A DNA stretch of 40,559 bases from a virus (taxonomy: Duplodnaviria; Heunggongvirae; Uroviricota; Caudoviricetes). The translations under genes were made by a program, and so were the position numbers. Under the pieces are notes generated by a model. It did no database searches and was not told the origin of the DNA. It was given only the letters and a program-made list of their open reading frames with translations. The DNA is taken from IMG/VR virus record IMGVR_UViG_2541047813_000005, positions 1-40,559 of that record. One strand, 5' to 3'. Shown here piece by piece: positions 34,181 to 40,559 of the stretch; positions within the stretch are counted from its first letter, which is position 1, and the number at the start of each line of letters is the position of its first letter.

Positions 34181-34205
34181 TGAAAAGACCGCCGGGTGGC
34201 GGTCT
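34181..34205 (-). terminator. Hairpin after cro-like gene (weak terminator, tR1-like position)
   Basis: agaccgcc-gggt-ggcggtct hairpin followed on minus strand by UUUCA. Confidence 0.35.
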
Positions 34206-34226
34206 ACAGAGGGTTGTAGCTGGATA

Positions 34227-34457
34227 TCATGAGTAGAAGAAGTATGCCAGTTCTGCTTTTGAGCGCAGCCATTGTCTTGTTTTACAGGCTTTAAAAAGCC
34301 CATTCATCAATACTTTACCTGGCATTTTGCGCTTACCTGTTAAGTGAGTCTGGATATAGTGACTCGTCGTTCCGGCTTCCTGTGCGAAGGCTTCACGCTC
34401 ATCCGGAGTAAGTGCAAGCCAGTGCTTTTTGAAATCGAAATGTCCGTTATCGCTCAT
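34227..34457 (-). CDS. Cro-like HTH regulator
   Basis: 76 aa; HTH-like 'EAFAQEAGTTSHYIQTHLTGKR'; divergent from repressor-like gene across an operator-rich region. Confidence 0.55.
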   Translation of the reverse strand: MSDNGHFDFKKHWLALTPDEREAFAQEAGTTSHYIQTHLTGKRKMPGKVLMNGLFKACKTRQWLRSKAELAYFFYS

Positions 34458-34493
34458 AGCTATTGCCTGATATTTATTTCAGATAATAAATAT

Positions 34494-34556
34494 TCACCCA
34501 TAAGGTAACAAAAATCAAGGATAGTTACCCATGAGGTGCATTTACCTGTTGGGTAA
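34494..34556. promoter_or_regulatory. Immunity-region operator cluster (three TTACC-N5-GGTAA-type dyads) with divergent promoters
   Basis: Sites 34494..34508 (TCACC-cataa-GGTAA), 34525..34539 (TTACC-catga-GGTGC), 34542..34556 (TTACC-tgttg-GGTAA) between the cro-like and repressor-like starts. Confidence 0.5.
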
Positions 34557-34611
34557 TATTGCTTTAAATTGAATCATCTACTGATTCATATATGAGGCGA
34601 TTTTCCAGAAA

Positions 34612-35196
34612 ATGAAAAGTATCCAGGACGTCCGCAGGCAAAATCTCAACGACTTGATCGACCGTGAATTCAATGGTGTTCAGACGCGGATGGCAGAAAA
34701 ACTTGGAACTCAGGCAAATCTGGTAAACCGCTGGGCTCTTGGCAAGAAGGTTATCGGCGACCAGGTTGCACGAAAAATTGAAGCTGCCGCCAATAAACCC
34801 CGTAACTGGCTTGATATCGATCGCTCGCTTTCTCAGGAAGGTTTTCAGCCTGTCGGCCCAAGCGACATTGGTCAGCTGGCGGCTCACAACCTGGAACGCT
34901 GGATGAGCGAAAGCCGCGACCTTTCAACGCAGGGAAAACTTCACCGCGCATCCGGCGTCGCCCAGGTGACAATCAGCCGCCTGTTAAACAATGAGGTCAG
35001 CGTTTCCATTTCCACCCTGGAGAATGTTGCATCCGCATTCGGGCGTCATGGCTATGAATTACTGATTCACCCGCACGACCCTGCGACTATCAACTATGAC
35101 CGCTCGCGCTACGCATTGTTACCCGAAACCGAGAAAGCAAAGATCGAAAGTTACATTGAATTTGTCATCAACCAGAACGAAAAAAACAAACAATAA
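34612..35196 (+). CDS. Repressor-like DNA-binding protein with two HTH-like regions (candidate phage repressor)
   Basis: 194 aa; 'QTRMAEKLGTQANLVNRW' and 'ASGVAQVTISRLLNNE' HTH-like segments; no obvious S24 peptidase motif. Confidence 0.55.
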   Translation: MKSIQDVRRQNLNDLIDREFNGVQTRMAEKLGTQANLVNRWALGKKVIGDQVARKIEAAANKPRNWLDIDRSLSQEGFQPVGPSDIGQLAAHNLERWMSESRDLSTQGKLHRASGVAQVTISRLLNNEVSVSISTLENVASAFGRHGYELLIHPHDPATINYDRSRYALLPETEKAKIESYIEFVINQNEKNKQ

Positions 35197-35216
35197 AACT
35201 ATAGTTTTCAGCAAGT

Positions 35217-35240
35217 AAGCCGCCTCATGGCGGCTTTTTT
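35217..35240 (+). terminator. Rho-independent terminator after repressor-like gene
   Basis: aagccgcc-tcat-ggcggctt hairpin followed by TTTTTT. Confidence 0.65.
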
Positions 35241-35253
35241 ATTGCCTGTTAGA

Positions 35254-35331
35254 TTACCTTTTGGGTAATTTTTTTTAACTCATATCTATTGACATCAAAC
35301 CAGATACGCATAATTATTACCTCAACGGTAA
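35254..35331 (+). promoter_or_regulatory. Early-left promoter with two flanking operator dyads
   Basis: Dyads at 35254..35268 (ATTACC-ttttg-GGTAAT) and 35317..35331 (TTACC-tcaac-GGTAA); TTGACA 35289..35294, 16-nt spacer, TAATTA 35311..35316. Confidence 0.5.
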
Positions 35332-35350
35332 CAGACCGAGGTAACAAGTT

Positions 35351-35503
35351 ATGCAGTGGAAAATCATCAACGGTTGGTACTGCGTTACTGCATGCGGATT
35401 CATGAGCTGGAAGTTCCGCACCTTACAGGAAGGCATTAAGTGGGCTTTCGTCAGCAAAGAAGCTCGCGATGTGGCCAACGATAACGAGATATGGGAGGGC
35501 TGA
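35351..35503 (+). CDS. Small hypothetical protein (50 aa)
   Basis: ATG 35351 with GAGGT about 10 nt upstream; stop TGA 35501..35503 just before the next start; not in supplied ORF track (under 60 aa). Confidence 0.3.
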   Translation: MQWKIINGWYCVTACGFMSWKFRTLQEGIKWAFVSKEARDVANDNEIWEG

Positions 35504-35505
35504 TA

Positions 35506-35805
35506 ATGAACGTTAATCAGCAGAAAAATCTTCAAAAAATCATGCTGGCATTCGACAAGGACTACCGCCTGTCAGAACAGCTATATGACCGACAAGTTGA
35601 ACTGATTGAGAGCATCCGACTTCATCAACTGTCCTCAACTTTCGACGTTGTAACAGGCAAAGGCGTTCGCCAGGAAGTACTGGAGGCTGCTAAAGACAGC
35701 CCTGAGTTCGAAGAACTGATGGATGCCTATCGGCGAGAGGCAATGGCAATTATCGCCCGCTGGGATCTGGCGGATCAGCTTGATGGACAGAGGGACGCGG
35801 CATGA
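35506..35805 (+). CDS. Hypothetical early protein
   Basis: ORF 35491..35805; ATG 35506 preceded by GGGAGG; overlaps next gene by 4 nt. Confidence 0.5.
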   Translation: MNVNQQKNLQKIMLAFDKDYRLSEQLYDRQVELIESIRLHQLSSTFDVVTGKGVRQEVLEAAKDSPEFEELMDAYRREAMAIIARWDLADQLDGQRDAA

Positions 35806-36008
35806 AACCAACACTCATCTCATTGCTGCGAGGTGGAAAACACAGCATCCGAGATATGGCAAAGATTCTTGGTATCTCAAGATCGAAGGTTTCTTGGTTC
35901 ATCGCTGAGCTTGAACGTCGCAAATGGGTAGAGGTAACCAGGAGCGCAATATATTTCCACGATGGAACCCGTTCCAACAAGCAGAACGAATACAAGGTTA
36001 AGTTATGA
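35802..36008 (+). CDS. Small HTH/winged-helix DNA-binding protein
   Basis: 68 aa; 'IRDMAKILGISRSKVSWFIAELE' HTH-like. Confidence 0.5.
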   Translation: MKPTLISLLRGGKHSIRDMAKILGISRSKVSWFIAELERRKWVEVTRSAIYFHDGTRSNKQNEYKVKL

Positions 36009-36826
36009 ATACTGGCATCTATTTCGACATCAGCAATGAGGACTACCACGCCGGTGACGGCGTGAGTAAGTCGCAACTGGACATGGTTGCCAAGAATCCG
36101 GCGCTTCTTAAATGGGTTCAGGCAGCACCAGAAGACGAAGAGAAAAAGTCTGCACTAGATATGGGAACTGCATTGCACTGTCTGCTTCTTGAACCTGGAG
36201 AATTCGACAAACGCTTCATTGTTTCACCAAAGTTCGATCGTCGGACGAAACAAGGTAAAGCTGACGAAGAAGCATTTCTTCGTGATGTAGCGGATATGGG
36301 GATTGCGGTACTTGATGCCGAGCAGTGGCGGAAACTGGAGCTGATGCGTGATAGCGCAATGGCTCACCCGGCGGCACGCTGGATGCTGGAAGCACCTGGT
36401 TACTGCGAAGCATCAATGTACTGGAACGATGAAGAGACTGGTGAGTTGTGCCGCATTCGTCCAGACAAATGGCTGAACGAGCACAACGTGATCGTCGACG
36501 TGAAAAAGGTTGCAGATATGGACCGTTTTGCACGCCACATCGAGGAATTCCGCTACCACGTGCAGGACGCAATGTACCGCGAAGGCGCAATGAGGGTTAC
36601 TGGTCAGCCGCATGGTTTTTTCTTTCTTGCCGTGAGCGAAAGCATTGATTGTGGTCGGTATCCGGTACGCGTGTTCGAGCTGGATGCGCAGGATGTCGAT
36701 GCCGGGCACGCTCTGTTCCGCCGGGATCTGAATACCTATCACGAATGCCGCATCAATGATGAATGGGGCGGTGTGGAAATCATTAAACGCCCTGAGTGGG
36801 CACGCAAACAGGATATGTACATATGA
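36005..36826 (+). CDS. PD-(D/E)XK-type recombination exonuclease (RecE/YqaJ-like)
   Basis: 273 aa; N-terminus 'MNTGIYFDISNEDYHAGDGVSKSQL' recalled as typical of phage PD-(D/E)XK exonucleases; directly upstream of and overlapping the annealase gene. Confidence 0.6.
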   Translation: MNTGIYFDISNEDYHAGDGVSKSQLDMVAKNPALLKWVQAAPEDEEKKSALDMGTALHCLLLEPGEFDKRFIVSPKFDRRTKQGKADEEAFLRDVADMGIAVLDAEQWRKLELMRDSAMAHPAARWMLEAPGYCEASMYWNDEETGELCRIRPDKWLNEHNVIVDVKKVADMDRFARHIEEFRYHVQDAMYREGAMRVTGQPHGFFFLAVSESIDCGRYPVRVFELDAQDVDAGHALFRRDLNTYHECRINDEWGGVEIIKRPEWARKQDMYI

Positions 36827-37764
36827 GCAACGACATCGCAAACATCAACGCACCAGTAGACACAGCAATCGCTGGAACTGCTGCAACTATTTTCAGCCCA
36901 GACGGCTTGAACCAACTGATGAAATTCGCCGAGGTAATGGCGCAAAGCCGCGTAACGGTACCGGCGCACCTCGCCGGGAAACCAGCTGATTGCATGGCCG
37001 TGGCAATGCAGGCTGCGCAGTGGGGAATGAACCCGTTTGCCGTTGCTCAGAAAACCCATGTTGTGAACGGCACGCTAGGTTATGAAGCCCAATTAGTAAA
37101 CGCAGTTATCTCAACGATGTCGCCAACAAAAGATCGCATCAACTACGAGTGGTTCGGGCCGTGGGAACGCGTGATCGGTAAGTTTGTTGAGAAAACATCC
37201 AAAAACGGCAATCCATATATCGCACCAGGCTGGACTCTAAAAGACGAAGAAGGCTGCGGTGTTCGCGTATGGGCAACCATGAAGGGCGAGGATCAACCTC
37301 GAGTGCTTGAGTTAATGCTGTCTCAAGCACAGGTAAGAAACTCCACACTTTGGGCCAGTGATCCGAAACAACAACTCGCATACCTTGCGACAAAACGCTG
37401 GTCTCGCTTGCACTGTCCTGACGTAATCATGGGCGTCTACACACCAGACGAATTACAGGAAACGGCACCGCGCGTTGAGCGAGACATTACTCCGCAAACA
37501 ACTACTGCTGCGGGAATGAACAGTCTGATCAACGCTAAACCAGTGAAAAAGCCTGATGAGCAAACTCGTAAAGCGGATAGCCGTGATCCAGAAGAAATGC
37601 TGATGGCCTTTACCAGCGCAGCGATGAATTACAGCACTGTCTCCGAACTGGATAAGGCTTACAAATACATTGCACAAAAACTTTCAGATGATGACGAACT
37701 GCTGGCAAAAGCCACCGACGTTTACAGCGTTCGTCGGGAAGAATTAAACGAAACATCTATGTAA
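36823..37764 (+). CDS. Single-strand annealing protein, Bet/RecT family
   Basis: ORF 36796..37764; start ATG 36823 (ATGA overlap); 'GMNPFAVAQKTHVV' and 'ERDITPQ' resemble lambda Bet (from memory). Confidence 0.7.
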   Translation: MSNDIANINAPVDTAIAGTAATIFSPDGLNQLMKFAEVMAQSRVTVPAHLAGKPADCMAVAMQAAQWGMNPFAVAQKTHVVNGTLGYEAQLVNAVISTMSPTKDRINYEWFGPWERVIGKFVEKTSKNGNPYIAPGWTLKDEEGCGVRVWATMKGEDQPRVLELMLSQAQVRNSTLWASDPKQQLAYLATKRWSRLHCPDVIMGVYTPDELQETAPRVERDITPQTTTAAGMNSLINAKPVKKPDEQTRKADSRDPEEMLMAFTSAAMNYSTVSELDKAYKYIAQKLSDDDELLAKATDVYSVRREELNETSM

Positions 37765-37813
37765 CCACCACCGCGCCGCCACACGCGCCGCACTGCAACC
37801 AAGAGAGGTATTT

Positions 37814-38062
37814 ATGAAAGGTGCATTAGGTAAGAAGGAACTCCTGGCGGTGGTGCCACTGTCATGGAGCACTATCGACCGTATGGAGCGCGCAGGGGAA
37901 TTTCCTAAACGCTGGTATATCACTGACAAACGCTGCGCATGGAACCGTGACGAAGTTGAGCGTTGGCTTGATGAACGTCAGGCAGCAAGCCCGGCAGAGT
38001 TCCAGGGTAAAAAACCTCCTGTTCAGCAACGTGTATATCGTCCCGTGAGCAACGCTGCATGA
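37814..38062 (+). CDS. AlpA-family excisionase/transcriptional regulator-like protein
   Basis: 82 aa; 'LLAVVPLSWSTIDRMERAGEFPKRWYI' resembles AlpA/Xis HTH. Confidence 0.55.
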   Translation: MKGALGKKELLAVVPLSWSTIDRMERAGEFPKRWYITDKRCAWNRDEVERWLDERQAASPAEFQGKKPPVQQRVYRPVSNAA

Positions 38063-38171
38063 GTGCGCTGCTAAGGCACTGGAGCAAATGGTCAGGATGG
38101 TACTTATTCCTGGCCTCTGTTTCAGCATGGCTTTATCTGCTGGCATTAATTTTCAGAGAGGGTTGGATTAA

Positions 38172-38471
38172 GTGAGAAAGTTAAGCCGACTTGAAAAATA
38201 TCACATGAATAAGGTTTCAATGCGCAGTCAGTCAAAGATTGTCGCCGTTACTCCTGCGGCGATAGAGATCGAAAAACGCGCGATTGAAAGAGAGAAAAAA
38301 GGGCAGTTCCGCATTGCCGCTCACCTTTGGCTTCAGTGTATGGATGTTGCTTCTGGTGATGTTGAACGTGCAAGGATCGCGGTTCGCAGGGACCAATGTA
38401 TCACAAAAGGTAACGGCCTTCGCCGTGGCGACTATAGCGGCATAGGATGTTGTGGGGTGGTTTATGACTAA
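38172..38471 (+). CDS. Hypothetical protein
   Basis: 99-aa ORF; start codon uncertain; overlaps methylase start. Confidence 0.35.
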   Translation: MRKLSRLEKYHMNKVSMRSQSKIVAVTPAAIEIEKRAIEREKKGQFRIAAHLWLQCMDVASGDVERARIAVRRDQCITKGNGLRRGDYSGIGCCGVVYD

Positions 38472-39114
38472 GAAATACACACTAATCTATGCAGATCCAC
38501 CCTGGGTATACCGGGACAAAGCCGCAGATGGTAATCGCGGTGCCGGTTTTAAATATCCGGTTATGAGTGTGCTGGATATCTGCCGCCTTCCTGTGTGGGA
38601 TTTGGCCGATGAAAACTGTCTGTTGGCCATGTGGTGGGTGCCAACACAACCACTCGAAGCACTAAAAGTTGTTGAAGCCTGGGGATTCCGTCTGATGACC
38701 ATGAAGGGATTCACGTGGATAAAATGTGGTAGTCGACAACCAGATAAACTGGTTATGGGTATGGGTCACATGACTCGCGCCAATAGTGAAGATTGCCTGT
38801 TTGCAGTAAAGGGAAAACTACCTCCGCGCATTAATGCAGGGATCGTTCAGTCATTTACCGCACCGCGGCTTGAGCATTCAAGAAAACCAGATGTCGTTCG
38901 TGAAAAACTTGTGCAATTGTTAGGCGATGTTTCTCGCATTGAACTGTTCGCCCGCCAGTCGTCTCATGGCTTCGATGTTTGGGGTAATCAGTGCGAAGAC
39001 CCGGCAGTGCAACTACACCCTGGATACGCGTTGGATATTGCCAGATTAACAAATGCATTCAGCAATGCTCCGCTGTCACCAACAGACAACCAGGGGCGGG
39101 AGCGTGCAGCATGA
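38464..39114 (+). CDS. MT-A70 family DNA N6-adenine methyltransferase
   Basis: ORF 38452..39114; 'LIYADPPW' (DPPW catalytic motif) near N-terminus. Confidence 0.75.
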   Translation: MTKKYTLIYADPPWVYRDKAADGNRGAGFKYPVMSVLDICRLPVWDLADENCLLAMWWVPTQPLEALKVVEAWGFRLMTMKGFTWIKCGSRQPDKLVMGMGHMTRANSEDCLFAVKGKLPPRINAGIVQSFTAPRLEHSRKPDVVREKLVQLLGDVSRIELFARQSSHGFDVWGNQCEDPAVQLHPGYALDIARLTNAFSNAPLSPTDNQGRERAA

Positions 39115-39305
39115 ACAGGGCATCACCAGCAGATTTAAGGAAATGCCTTGAAACTGCAAACATGCTTGCACACAGCGGGATCAGGTTTGTTCCAATTCCC
39201 GCTGTCACTGATGCTGAATTTGCAACACTGTCAGCAATATTCGAAAACAAAATTGAATCACTGGCAGCAGAAGCAGAGATGGAAGAAAATCAGCAGAACT
39301 ATTAA
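39111..39305 (+). CDS. Small hypothetical protein
   Basis: 64 aa; ATGA overlap with methylase stop; ends 4 nt before the convergent integrase stop. Confidence 0.4.
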   Translation: MNRASPADLRKCLETANMLAHSGIRFVPIPAVTDAEFATLSAIFENKIESLAAEAEMEENQQNY

Positions 39306-39308
39306 ACG

Positions 39309-40559
39309 CTATTCCCCCGCCATCCACTTCTCAAACTTCGACGGGGAGAACGGAATCAGATCCGTATGCTCCCCGTTAATCCAGGAATCAATCATATCGG
39401 ACCACTGCTGCAACATGTAGGCGCGCTGCCTGGCGTATTCCGCTTTGTTATATACGGCGCGCACACCTTTCTGCTCATGTGCCAGAGCCTTTTCAATCCA
39501 GTCTGAAGGATAACCAGCCTCATGCAACAACGTACTGGCTGTACGGCGCATATCGTGTACGGTGAAGTCCTGAATATGCTCACCATCTTCATTTATTATT
39601 TTCACCGTTCTGTCGATCAGAGAGTTCAGCGCGGCATTAGATAATGGCTTCCTGAAATTGTAACGACCAGGAACCAGATATTCACTTCCACCAGCGCACA
39701 TCTGCAACCCGACCAATATATCCTGAGCCTGTTTAGGCAGGTAAATAACATGCGCCCGGCTTCCCTTCATGCGGTCTGAAGGAATTGTCCATGTCCATTT
39801 TTTAAAATCTATTTCATCCCACGTTGCATTGGTGAATTCGCCCTTACGAACCATAGTGATAAGCACCAGTTTTAAAGCCATTTTCATAGTGCCCATAGCA
39901 CCAATGGCATCCAACGTGCGGAAGAACAGGCCAATTTCTTCTGGTGTCAGTGTTCGCTCTCGTGGTTTAAATATGGCGATAGACGAAGGTTTAATGTCAG
40001 CCGCAGGATTAAACAAACCATGACCACGGTCATTGGCGTGACGGTATACGCTGCTGATGATCTCCCTGGCCTGTACTGCTGTTGCCCGACCACCGCGTTC
40101 GACAATCCGGTCACACAAATCACGAACCATCGATGTGGTAATTTCAGCCATCATTTTGTTGCCAAGAACCGGAAGTATGTCACGGTCGATCACCGCCTGC
40201 TTCATTGCGCGGGTACTGTCAGCCAGGATGACGTGTTTCATATAACTGTCGGTATGTACCGCAAACGTCTCGGCACCACGAATCTTTTTGATACCGTCAC
40301 GTTTAGCCGCAGCCGGCGACTGGCCTGCTTTAAGCAGCTTCTTTGCAGCAATCAGTTCTTCTCGAGCTTCTGCTAGACTGATACCGTCACGCCCATACTG
40401 CCCGATTACCAGTGTTTCGCGGCGACCGTTGATACGGTAGTCATAGCGAAACGAGACCGTGCCTGACGTAAGCACAGCTACATACAGCCCGTCACGATCG
40501 GAGACCTTGTACAGTTTGTCCTGCGGCTTGAGGTTTTTTAATTTTGTATCGGTAAGCAC
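39309..40559 (-). CDS. int: Tyrosine-type phage integrase (start at or just beyond window edge)
   Basis: 416 aa; N-terminus 'LTDTKLKNLKPQDKLYKVSDRDGLYVAV' typical of phage integrase arm-binding domain; C-terminal 'HDMRRT...AGY' region; first codon GTG at 40557..40559. Confidence 0.85.
   Translation of the reverse strand: MLTDTKLKNLKPQDKLYKVSDRDGLYVAVLTSGTVSFRYDYRINGRRETLVIGQYGRDGISLAEAREELIAAKKLLKAGQSPAAAKRDGIKKIRGAETFAVHTDSYMKHVILADSTRAMKQAVIDRDILPVLGNKMMAEITTSMVRDLCDRIVERGGRATAVQAREIISSVYRHANDRGHGLFNPAADIKPSSIAIFKPRERTLTPEEIGLFFRTLDAIGAMGTMKMALKLVLITMVRKGEFTNATWDEIDFKKWTWTIPSDRMKGSRAHVIYLPKQAQDILVGLQMCAGGSEYLVPGRYNFRKPLSNAALNSLIDRTVKIINEDGEHIQDFTVHDMRRTASTLLHEAGYPSDWIEKALAHEQKGVRAVYNKAEYARQRAYMLQQWSDMIDSWINGEHTDLIPFSPSKFEKWMAGE

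Overview
About 37 kb of this window (roughly 3.2 kb to the right edge) is an integrated temperate phage; the leftmost 3 kb is a separate AT-rich accessory islet. The prophage has a tyrosine integrase at the right edge (minus strand) and a plus-strand early-left operon (small ORFs, PD-(D/E)XK exonuclease, Bet/RecT annealase, AlpA-like Xis, MT-A70 methylase). It has a divergent cro-like/repressor-like switch, a lambda O/P-like replication module with in-gene iterons, and an Ea22/DUF551/HNH accessory block. The long minus-strand late operon runs terS, terL, portal, scaffold, major capsid, T7-like tail tubular A/B, large internal virion proteins, tailspike, then holin/GH19 endolysin/Rz with embedded Rz1. 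This layout resembles epsilon15/phiV10-type temperate podoviruses, from recollection only. Three things stand out. (1) The left islet encodes an ABC-ATPase-Toprim (OLD/PARIS-like) protein, an IS transposase remnant, and a 2TM membrane protein with a C-terminal receiver-like domain. (2) An AT-rich opposite-strand cargo unit sits between terL and portal: promoter/operator, GC-rich structured leader, tRNA-Arg(UCU), two hairpin terminators, and a membrane + coiled-coil protein. (3) A 15-bp palindrome TTACC-N5-GGTAA recurs at 12 sites, including the immunity region and directly against the start codons of two genes. All functional calls are from motif reading and gene order; no database search was possible.
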